From contig JACOXI010000003.1 of NCBI GenBank assembly GCA_016176335.1, forward strand, positions 72,920 through 111,103: a stretch of 38,184 nt of DNA. Reading direction: 5' to 3'. The notes under the pieces are model-generated. The model searched no databases and was not told where the DNA came from. It worked only from the letters and a program-made list of their open reading frames with translations. Shown piece after piece: positions 26,540 through 34,498 of the stretch (positions are counted from its first letter, which is position 1; every line of letters starts with the position of its first letter). Origin of the DNA: Candidatus Daviesbacteria bacterium. GTDB lineage: Bacteria > Patescibacteriota > Microgenomatia > Daviesbacterales > UBA10151. The position numbers and the translations under genes are program-made.

Positions 26540-28114
26540 TTAGTGTTGAGTTTGCTGTTGGCCTTGATTTTGCTGCCCTTGATTCCCACCTCCATATTGC
26601 CCAACATATGGGGCACAGGCTGAATCTTTAGGGTTTGACTTACAGTAAGATGTACAAGAAGCTTCATCCGTACATCCGCCTGGTCCGGAGAATCCTCCAT
26701 ATTGGCCGGCATATTTTGCGCATTCACTGTCCTTCGGATTGCTTTTACAGTAGGACGTACAGGAAGATTCATCAGTGCATCCGCCGGGTCCTTTTTGCAT
26801 ACCACCATACTGACTGGCAAATTGCTGACACGCCGAATCTGACCGGTTTTTGGTGCAGTAATCTTTACATGATGCTTCATCTTTACATCCGCCGGGTCCG
26901 GAGAATCCTCCGTATTGGCCGGCATATTTAGCACATTCTGCATCCTGGTAGTGTTCCTTGCAATATGCTGTACACGAGGCTTGATCTTTACAGCCTCCCG
27001 GACCTGTAAAAGAAGATGCATATTGCTTGCAAGTGCCATCATCCGGGTGTTCTTTGCAGTAAGCTGTACATGAATCAACATTGTTGCAACCCCCTGGTCC
27101 GCTAAACTCTACCGGGATATTATGTTCTTTGGCATATTGAAGGCAGACATTCTGATTTGACGACTGATTACAAAAAGCGCCGCATTCATCCTTTGATTTA
27201 CAGCCACCCGGACCCGTACCTCCATACTTTTTAATCGCATCAGATTCGTCCTTAGACAAAAGTCCTGCAGAAACAGCAAAATCAGTGCATTCTACGCCGT
27301 GGGCGGGAATGGCGCAGTATGCATCGCATGCCTCCTTTGATTTACAACCCCCGGGTGTAGCCCCTTGCATAGCCAAGGCTATAAACTTACCAGTCTTATC
27401 TGCCTGTATCTCGCTCGGGTAAAAACCAACCTTCTTGGCATAAGTTGCGCATTCATTAAAGTGAGAAACATCATTACAATAGTTATCGCATTCGCTGATG
27501 CCCCGGCACTTTCCAGGGGTTTCTATTCCCTGCCTGAAACCCTCGGCCACTTTGCGTGTAGCACTCAACTCCTCTTCCGCCACCAACTTTTTCTTACCAA
27601 CATAGTCAAGACATTCATTGGTATGGCTGCTACTGTCACAGTAACTGTCACATTCTTCAAGTGTTCTACAACCTCCCGGAGTTCCGCCGGAGGCAATTGC
27701 GGCAGTAAATGCCCGCGATATTTCAATGTTACTGGGCGAGAGCAAATCGTATTTGTCGGCAAAATCAATGCATTGGGTGATATTTTCATCCCGGTTACAA
27801 AAATTGCGGCAATCTGATCCTATCTGACAATTACCAAGCTCTGAAATAGTAAATGATAAGACATCTGCTTTGGTGAGCTGATGGGTATTAACAAACTTCA
27901 TACAGGAGGGCAGGTTGCCCTCTTGCCGACAATATGCTCCGCACTGCGCTATACTGCCACAATTATTCAGCTCGGCAACAGGAAATGTAACACCATATTT
28001 CTGGGTAACTTCCTTTTCAGATAAAGCTTGAGGTGCGCCAAAAACTGTCTTAGATCCACTCAAAACTATGAGTAATAGAGCTAAACTTAAGAATATTAAG
28101 GTTTGAAGCTTCAT
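26540..28114 (-). CDS. Secreted cysteine-rich repeat protein (GPGGC-x5-C-x3-C-x8-C repeats)
   Basis: Signal peptide, about 11 four-Cys modules, Gln-rich tail. Confidence 0.85.
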   Translation of the reverse strand: MKLQTLIFLSLALLLIVLSGSKTVFGAPQALSEKEVTQKYGVTFPVAELNNCGSIAQCGAYCRQEGNLPSCMKFVNTHQLTKADVLSFTISELGNCQIGSDCRNFCNRDENITQCIDFADKYDLLSPSNIEISRAFTAAIASGGTPGGCRTLEECDSYCDSSSHTNECLDYVGKKKLVAEEELSATRKVAEGFRQGIETPGKCRGISECDNYCNDVSHFNECATYAKKVGFYPSEIQADKTGKFIALAMQGATPGGCKSKEACDAYCAIPAHGVECTDFAVSAGLLSKDESDAIKKYGGTGPGGCKSKDECGAFCNQSSNQNVCLQYAKEHNIPVEFSGPGGCNNVDSCTAYCKEHPDDGTCKQYASSFTGPGGCKDQASCTAYCKEHYQDAECAKYAGQYGGFSGPGGCKDEASCKDYCTKNRSDSACQQFASQYGGMQKGPGGCTDESSCTSYCKSNPKDSECAKYAGQYGGFSGPGGCTDEASCTSYCKSNPKDSACAPYVGQYGGGNQGQQNQGQQQTQH

Positions 28115-28116
28115 AA

Positions 28117-28374
28117 TTATTGAAACGGATTTTTATACACTCCTTTAAAAGGATTTACCTTGGTAAATGGATTGGTTTCGGGAATTTTATCCTGGAGAGG
28201 ATTTTGTGTTTTTTCAAAAATTTGAGTACCCAATGAAGAATTAGGTGGACTTTTTTGAAGAGGATTTTTAATAATCCCTTTTGATATTAGAAGATAAACT
28301 ATACCTGCTGCCAAAAGCAGCACTATCACAAGAATTAGGGCAATATTTCCTTTTGATTGGCCTTTTTGGTACAT
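28117..28374 (-). CDS. Small pilin-like single-pass membrane protein
   Basis: QSKG followed by hydrophobic NIALILVIVLLLAAGIVYLLI; NPF repeats at the C-terminus. Confidence 0.7.
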   Translation of the reverse strand: MYQKGQSKGNIALILVIVLLLAAGIVYLLISKGIIKNPLQKSPPNSSLGTQIFEKTQNPLQDKIPETNPFTKVNPFKGVYKNPFQ

Positions 28375-28481
28375 TAACCTTACTATAACACTTTTTTAAA
28401 AAATTTATAATTTGTATTTTCCCTCACTACATACTACTTACTACCTGCTACCAATTCTCCACCCACCTCCAAAAACTCTAA

Positions 28482-28946
28482 TTAGAAACATTTAAGCACT
28501 GCCCACGCAATCCATTTCTCCAAAATTAGTCCAGAGAGTTCTACCAAACTAGCATGTCTAGAGGTCATTGGACTCTTTGACCCATGAAATAAATTGCATC
28601 TTATTTGATATATAAACCAAACTACCTCTTCAATGTTATTTATATTATTCAACTCACGTTTTTTATTTGAATTGGGGCTATCGTCATAGACAGGTGATTT
28701 AGTCTTCAAATCATTTAATAATGAAGTCATCCTTTTAGACGGTAATACCTCAAACCACTCATCTTTTAAACAATTATCATTCGAGAGAAACCATTTTAGT
28801 TTTTCGGTATCCCTATCTTTTTGTGACTCCGCCGTAATCCAAGCATCAAAACACATATAGAAGAAAAAGAATCTCGTAAAAGAATTTGTTTCTCTTTCTC
28901 CATATAGTTTTAACCAACCTATTAAATCTTTTACATTCTGGTTCAT
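28482..28946 (-). CDS. HEPN-domain protein (putative RNase)
   Basis: YQIRCNLFHGSK is an Rx4H HEPN motif; all-helical pattern. Confidence 0.75.
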   Translation of the reverse strand: MNQNVKDLIGWLKLYGERETNSFTRFFFFYMCFDAWITAESQKDRDTEKLKWFLSNDNCLKDEWFEVLPSKRMTSLLNDLKTKSPVYDDSPNSNKKRELNNINNIEEVVWFIYQIRCNLFHGSKSPMTSRHASLVELSGLILEKWIAWAVLKCF

Positions 28947-28986
28947 TTAAGAATCCCACCTCCAAAAACTATAAATCTATTGGAGA

Positions 28987-29724
28987 TTAAAGCCTACGTT
29001 CTATTAATTTTATCTGATCGTCTTTGATAACCTGAACTGGCGGATTAAAATCCTTAAAGTATTTAAATATTCTTACAGCTGCTTTCTCAGCCAATTCTAA
29101 TGTAGATTTATTTAATTCTTCCACTGTTACAATCGCATTAAAAGCAGTCATCGTAACGGCTGATGATTCATAATTGAAAAACATTGGAATGCGCCTTGGG
29201 TCAAACGTAGTTAAAGTACGATTCTCCCCATTATTCAGGGTAATTATAATTCTAAAGGATCCCCCGTAATTAACTTTATTAATTAAGTTATTTGCAAATA
29301 AAAACATTTCAGTTAGAGTTAACGTTACTCCAACGAAATCTAATTTCGTCCTTGGCTCTACCTTTTTTAAGTAGTGACCCTCTTCAAACCAACCACTTTC
29401 TTTAAACCAATCCTCTCTTAAACCAAGTAAATGGACAAATTGACCAGAAATAAAATAACTCCATGCTTCCAAAAAATGATCCATAATTATATATCCATCA
29501 AGACGATTATCCTCAATGTTAATTCGCTGATGATCATTATTCTGCTGGGGTATGTGAGGATAATACCACCCTCTTAATTTAATCAATGCATCATTTAAAA
29601 TAGGTTCCGCATCGCGTGAGTGCTCAAAAGGAGATGGAATATTGTCTATAGGTTCTATTACCAATCTCCAGTATCCTCTAGACTTAACTTTTTCTATCAC
29701 TGACTTTAAATTTAAATTACTCAT
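28987..29724 (-). CDS. Hypothetical protein, partner of AlbA_2 domain protein
   Basis: 245 aa ORF (GYWRLVIEP, LRGWYYPH) coupled to the extended AlbA_2 frame. Confidence 0.75.
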   Translation of the reverse strand: MSNLNLKSVIEKVKSRGYWRLVIEPIDNIPSPFEHSRDAEPILNDALIKLRGWYYPHIPQQNNDHQRINIEDNRLDGYIIMDHFLEAWSYFISGQFVHLLGLREDWFKESGWFEEGHYLKKVEPRTKLDFVGVTLTLTEMFLFANNLINKVNYGGSFRIIITLNNGENRTLTTFDPRRIPMFFNYESSAVTMTAFNAIVTVEELNKSTLELAEKAAVRIFKYFKDFNPPVQVIKDDQIKLIERRL

Positions 29725-30379
29725 AATCTACTCTCTCTTTCTTCAATTTTTCCATTAAATCCTTCACTTGATCTATCTTAATGTAACCCCTAATTTCTAG
29801 ATCTTTTTGCGCTTTATCAGTTGCCAATTTTATTATTTATTCTAATTCTCTTGTTGCTGCTTTTTTACTAGACCAGCCTCCACTATAAGATCTGGTGTAG
29901 AGATCTCCCTCAAGTAAAATTTTTTTACCCTTATCATCTACTTCTTTACCTGTTGTCTTACAAATTACCGGTCTGATCGAAAATTCTTTTACAAAAATTA
30001 ATACAAAAGCCGTTAATTTATTACTGGGTAACTTATCTGTTTCACCATATACGAATTCAAATTTTGGATATTCCGAACAGTAGGTATGCACGTCACTTTC
30101 AATCTGTTCAAAATTCTTTTCTATCCAATCAATTTGACTTAAAGTAATACCATCAGTTAATTTCCTTTTTGATCTGTTGTCTTCTTTTATTCCAAGAATT
30201 ATTACACCCCCATTAGGTATGTTAGACATCGCAATTATGGCTTTAATCACTTCTTCTTTAATCTTCCTTGAATTAACTTCATGCCAATCAAAAGAGCTTT
30301 TAAATTCAATACTCTTTTCTTCCTTCAACATTTGCAGATACTCAAGTAAAGCTTGCTCATCAATTTTCCGCATTTTCAT
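29717..30379 (-). pseudogene. AlbA_2 (Schlafen-like) domain gene with a probable premature stop at 29837-29839
   Basis: EEKSIEFKS, AIIAMSNIPNGGVIILGIKED. The frame stays open for 39 codons after TAA and ends overlapping the next ATG. Confidence 0.72.
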
Positions 30380-30527
30380 ATGTTTAAAATTAAAGCGAAG
30401 GAGATGGGGTGGCAGAAAGAAGTCACTCCAGGCTGACTTCGCCTGTTTATTTTTGTAAAGAAAATATTAGCACTTTCTGTAAGAAATTGCTAGTCGTATA
30501 TTGAACGGCATGTTATACTTAGTTTAT

Positions 30528-30716
30528 ATGCAGGATTACATTTGGTTTACGGCTACAAAAACATTTGTTAGGAATCAAAAATGGCTTTGGGTACCTTACC
30601 TACACTCTCTAAATGGTAAAAATCTGTTCTGGCCAAATAAAGGTTTTGAAACACAGGAAAAAGCAACAGACTATATGAAAATGCATTTAAATCAAATTAA
30701 ACAAGATTATTTCTAG
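30528..30716 (+). CDS. Small hypothetical protein
   Basis: Open frame MQDYIWF... in an AT-rich region, convergent with the next gene. Confidence 0.45.
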   Translation: MQDYIWFTATKTFVRNQKWLWVPYLHSLNGKNLFWPNKGFETQEKATDYMKMHLNQIKQDYF

Positions 30717-30719
30717 TGA

Positions 30720-31019
30720 TCAAAAACCTAGATAGGTAGGTTCTTCACCTTCTCGTTCTATTATGTTCTGATCCCACATAAAATCCATCAATGAGAATAC
30801 TAATGTTTCTCCAATTCCCAACTTAAACATCAAATGATTAACAGAGGCATATCCAGATTCATAAACTATTGTGAGAGCTAATTTTAAATTTGATAAACGG
30901 TCTACCCCAGATGGGTGATCAATATAAATTGATCTATAAGAAGAATCGTTATTTATAATATCTTGTACTTTATCCCATTCTACTTTTTGTAAAAGGTAAT
31001 ATTTTTTTAAATCTTCCAT
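30720..31019 (-). CDS. Small protein with FtsK-gamma-like winged helix
   Basis: ASVNHLMFKLGIG...SLMDFMWDQNII resembles the FtsK gamma AS.S.LQRKL.IG...ID.LE..GII pattern. Confidence 0.55.
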   Translation of the reverse strand: MEDLKKYYLLQKVEWDKVQDIINNDSSYRSIYIDHPSGVDRLSNLKLALTIVYESGYASVNHLMFKLGIGETLVFSLMDFMWDQNIIEREGEEPTYLGF

Positions 31020-31046
31020 TTCTAATAAATTTTAGGACTTTCTTAG

Positions 31047-31167
31047 TGGTGAGTCAATCCTTCGACAAACTCAGGAAAAGCTTGTGGTGGGCACTTCGGC
31101 TGGTTCGACTACTTCAGTACAGGTACGCTCACCACAAGTATGCTCAGTGTAAACTTCGTCGAACCAT
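31047..31167. repeat. Cluster of nested REP-like palindromes
   Basis: tccttcgacaaactcagga; tggttcgac..tacgctcacca; cacttcggc..tatgctcagtgt; tggtgggc..gtcgaacca. Confidence 0.75.
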
Positions 31168-31194
31168 GGGAAATATTGTCTACCCTATACTACC

Positions 31195-31479
31195 TTAGAC
31201 TAATTGAATTTTTAATTTTAGATTTAGGGCTGAAGCTACTTTCTGTATAAGCCCAATTGATGGATTAGCATTCATACCTTCTAACCTGGAAATAACTGCC
31301 TGAGTGGTATTGGCCGCTTTAGCCAGATCCCTTTGAGAAATACTTTTACTAAGCCTTGCTGCAATAAGTGCCCTACTGATTTGATACTCAGCTTCTGATT
31401 CCTCCCAAGCTTTTTTAAACTGTGGATCTTTTAAACTTTTTTTTAGATGTTGTCTAAAGGTGTATGTTTTCATATTCAA
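31195..31479 (-). CDS. XRE-family HTH antitoxin (HigA-like)
   Basis: ISQRDLAKAANTTQAVISRLE..NANPSIG. Confidence 0.9.
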   Translation of the reverse strand: MNMKTYTFRQHLKKSLKDPQFKKAWEESEAEYQISRALIAARLSKSISQRDLAKAANTTQAVISRLEGMNANPSIGLIQKVASALNLKLKIQLV

Positions 31480-31497
31480 ATGATATCCTAAAAGATA

Positions 31498-31836
31498 TCA
31501 ACTTGTCAAGCCTTTTAATCGCACCAAAGCAATATTAATTTCCTTTGCAGGAGTTTTGTTAGTTTTTTTAACAAAAGCGTGAAGAAGTAAAATCTGTTTT
31601 TCCATCCGAGTAACATATAAAATCCTGATGCTATCTTCCCCTAAAATTCTAATCTCCCAAAGCGGAGACCCAGTTAATTTTTTAATATGTGGAATAGCAG
31701 AGATTAATCCATATTCCTCTATATTAGAAAAAATTTTAAAGGCTTTAATTTTAGCTTTTAAATTAGTATCCAAAAATTCCCTTACCGGATTGCTACCGGA
31801 AGATGAAATATAATAGATAACTTGCCATTTATCCAT
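31498..31836 (-). CDS. RelE/HigB-family (Gp49-like) toxin
   Basis: NPVREFL, IKKL..LWEIRI, RILY, LLHAFVKKTNKTP; toxin-first order. Confidence 0.9.
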   Translation of the reverse strand: MDKWQVIYYISSSGSNPVREFLDTNLKAKIKAFKIFSNIEEYGLISAIPHIKKLTGSPLWEIRILGEDSIRILYVTRMEKQILLLHAFVKKTNKTPAKEINIALVRLKGLTS

Positions 31837-31850
31837 TCCAGGCAAATTTT

Positions 31851-31925
31851 ACACTTCGACTACGCTCGGTACAATAGCCCCTTCGACCCGTTCGATTCAA
31901 CTCAGGGTAAACAAAGCTCAGGGCA
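31851..31925. repeat. Cluster of nested REP-like palindromes
   Basis: acacttcgactacgctcggtac; cccttcgac[ccgttcgattcaactcagggtaaac]aaagctcagggc. Confidence 0.78.
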
Positions 31926-32040
31926 TTGGGACTTTTGGGAGAAAATTACCAGATATAATAAGGAAATATTAATCCTTACACAGGCAAGAAGGGTACTGTT
32001 AACCCTTTTAAAATAACCCCTAAAAAACGTAGATAGAAAC

Positions 32041-32200
32041 TAGCCTAGAAGATAGAGCAAAACAGCCAAAATAAGTAAGGCTACTCCTGTATATAAATTT
32101 AAGGTATTGGAAACTTGAATAAGATTTAATCCGGCCAAAACAAGCAGCAGTCCAATAGCTCCAGTTAGAATGGCAAAAAAACTTTCTTGAACCGGTTCAT
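32041..32200 (-). pseudogene. Frameshifted small membrane-protein gene
   Basis: MNRFKKV, then a T7 tract. A +1 shift restores AILTGAIGLLLVLAGLNL...GVALLILAVLLYLLG (two TM helices). Confidence 0.45.
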
Positions 32201-32241
32201 AAATTTATTATATCAGAAGTCCTAAGCTTGCAAACTACTAG

Positions 32242-32499
32242 CTCCTCGACCTGGATTCGAACCAGGAACCTTCTCGTTACTTTAATGGACTATCTCATCA
32301 CCATGAATCTGGATGATCTTTAGGTGGTGGGCGCTATTGGTGTACTCACCTAGTCTCTGCACCTTGAACGCACCGTATGGTACATCCCTTGGCTCAGGGT
32401 TATCTTAAGACGTTCCCTGAATTCACCCACTTATCATTCTAATGTTTCCATTAGAAGCTGCTAACACAGCGAGCCGCTCTACCGTTGAGCTATCGAGGA
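32242..32499 (-). tRNA. tRNA-Asn(GTT) interrupted by a group I intron (exons 32499-32466 and 32279-32242)
   Basis: Spliced product TCCTCGA...CTCG-CT-GT/T-AA-CGAG...GGTTCGAATCC...TCGAGGA-G. Confidence 0.9.
32280..32465 (-). ncRNA. Compact group I intron, 186 nt, at anticodon position 35/36
   Basis: P1 GCUGU-GUUA-GCAGC with U-G pair; AAUUCAGGGAA / CCCUGAGCC (P4/P5); GCAGAGACUA / AUAGUCC (P7); omega-G. Confidence 0.88.
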
Positions 32500-32554
32500 T
32501 TGTGAATGTGCCTGGATATTTTACCACAGTTAGATAACAACTAGGATGTAGCTT

Positions 32555-33346
32555 TTATGTATGCAGCGGTTTTAATTTTGCAGGAGTAGACTCACGGATC
32601 AAGGCTCTTGCTAAAGCGACCATTGGATCTATCAAATGCACACCTTGATATTTTGACTCTGGTAAGGCTAGCGGTATTTCTGTACACCCTAAAATAATTG
32701 CATCTACACCTTGATCGTAAAGTATTTCAGTATATCTTAGAAAATTATCTCGGGCTCTTACTGTCACAGGGCTAACTGCTTTAATACCCCACTCAGGATT
32801 GTAAATTGAATCATGAAGTTCATCTTGTAACTTCTGTGGCACTTGTAATAAGCGGTATCCCAGAGGAGTAAGTATTTGCTCATAAACACCAACTTTTCTA
32901 GTACCTGTTGTAGACATTAAACCAATGTTTTGAGCGTTTGGCAACATCTCTTTAATTAAACCGGCTGTTTCTTCAAGCATATGCACGACTTGCACACATA
33001 CACTCTTTTCTTTTAGCATTCGGGTGAAATCTTTCCAAATTCTTGGAGCATGGAAAGTGTTACAAGGCACACCAGCCACCACTTCTTCCGCACCTGCAGC
33101 TTTAGCAGCAGCAGCTATGGCTTGCATGACTAAAATCATGGCTTCGGCCGGGTCTTCTTTAATTTCTCCTAATAAAAATTTAGTCCTGTCGGGAATTTGA
33201 GAAGAGTGGGAAATATGAACTACCGATAAATGTCCTTGATCAGTTCTACTTAAAGTATGCTGAATAATTAGCTCATGAAGCTTAACGCCTGCCATTGGAC
33301 CAACTCCACCACCAATTCCTATTACTTTCTCTACCATATTGCTCAT
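32555..33346 (-). CDS. Aspartate/glutamate racemase family protein (second paralog)
   Basis: GGGVGPMAG, IPDRT, VPCNTFH, ILGCTEIP. Confidence 0.92.
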   Translation of the reverse strand: MSNMVEKVIGIGGGVGPMAGVKLHELIIQHTLSRTDQGHLSVVHISHSSQIPDRTKFLLGEIKEDPAEAMILVMQAIAAAAKAAGAEEVVAGVPCNTFHAPRIWKDFTRMLKEKSVCVQVVHMLEETAGLIKEMLPNAQNIGLMSTTGTRKVGVYEQILTPLGYRLLQVPQKLQDELHDSIYNPEWGIKAVSPVTVRARDNFLRYTEILYDQGVDAIILGCTEIPLALPESKYQGVHLIDPMVALARALIRESTPAKLKPLHT

Positions 33347-33378
33347 TTTAACAGCAATTTTACCATCTAATGGAGAAG

Positions 33379-33404
33379 ATTGCCACGCTTCGCTTGTAAT
33401 GACG
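33379..33404. repeat. REP-like imperfect palindrome downstream of rpoD
   Basis: gattgccacgcttcgcttgtaatgac. Confidence 0.5.
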
Positions 33405-33405
33405 A

Positions 33406-34497
33406 CTATTCTAAATAATCTCTTAGCTTTTTAGCCCGAGTTGGATGTTTTAATTTTCTGATGGCTTTGGCTTCAATCTGTCTAATACGTTCACGGGTCA
33501 CCCCAAACTCTTTCCCTACCTCTTCCAAAGTCCGCTGTTTTCCATCTTCTAATCCAAATCTAAGCTGCAGTACTCTTTTTTCTCTAGGTGAAAGACTGTC
33601 TAATACTTCATCCAGATGTACTTTCAACAGCTCACGGGTGGCCTGCTCATCCGGCTGCAAGCCCTGATCCGCAATAAAATCCCCCAAATGTGAGTCTTCC
33701 TCATCTCCTACCGGTGTTTCCAAAGAGGTTGGTTCTTGGGAAACCTTGATAATCTCTCTGGCCTTGCTCTCATCAATCTCCAAAACTTTGGCAACTTCCT
33801 CGGGGGTTGGTTCCCTGCCCAGCTCCTGCATCAATCTTCTTTGAGTTCTATTAAAACGATTTATGGTCTCCACCATATGAACAGGGATACGAATGGTTCT
33901 GGCCTGATCAGCGATGGCCCGCGTGATGGCCTGCCTGATCCACCAAGTGGCGTAAGTGGAAAATTTATAGCCTCTTCTCCAATCGTATTTATCAACAGCG
34001 CGCATTAAACCGATATTGCCCTCTTCAATAAGATCCAAAAGACTCATGCCCCTGCCAACATATTTTTTGGCAATGGAAACAACCAATCTTAAATTGGCAC
34101 TAATCAGTTTATCCCGGGCTTTTTTCTCATTTTTCTCCGCCCTTTTGGCAAGATCTATCTCATCCTGCGCTGTTAAAAGGGGGATCTTGCCAATATCACG
34201 CAGGTATTGCCTGACAGGATCTGTAACGGAGCCTTCCTCGAGTGTTGATAAAAGCTCCAGCTCTTTTTCCAGTTCTGATGCGGTTTTAGTATCCGCTTCC
34301 AATTCCTCTGCAGTTGTTTCGAAAACATCCACACCCTCGCTGATAAGCTTGGTGTAAAATTTGTCCAGCTCCTCAATTGCTTCCTCCGGTTTGGGAAAAA
34401 TTTGCAGGATTTCTTCCTGGGTAACAAACCCCCGCTTTGTTCCCAGCTTGAGCAGTTTTTTAACATCAAGTGATGATTCTTTTTTGTTTTTGGCCAT
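33406..34497 (-). CDS. rpoD: RNA polymerase primary sigma factor
   Basis: [48 protein letters not shown]. Confidence 0.98.
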   Translation of the reverse strand: MAKNKKESSLDVKKLLKLGTKRGFVTQEEILQIFPKPEEAIEELDKFYTKLISEGVDVFETTAEELEADTKTASELEKELELLSTLEEGSVTDPVRQYLRDIGKIPLLTAQDEIDLAKRAEKNEKKARDKLISANLRLVVSIAKKYVGRGMSLLDLIEEGNIGLMRAVDKYDWRRGYKFSTYATWWIRQAITRAIADQARTIRIPVHMVETINRFNRTQRRLMQELGREPTPEEVAKVLEIDESKAREIIKVSQEPTSLETPVGDEEDSHLGDFIADQGLQPDEQATRELLKVHLDEVLDSLSPREKRVLQLRFGLEDGKQRTLEEVGKEFGVTRERIRQIEAKAIRKLKHPTRAKKLRDYLE

Positions 34498-34498
34498 A

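Noticed and set aside
26530-27081. 183 aa alternative-frame ORF
   Set aside because: Shadow frame of the Cys-rich repeat gene; its repeats merely mirror the real frame.
26540-27250. Regular repeats as a CRISPR array
   Set aside because: The repeats are in-frame coding modules of the Cys-rich protein with similar intervening sequence, and there are no cas genes.
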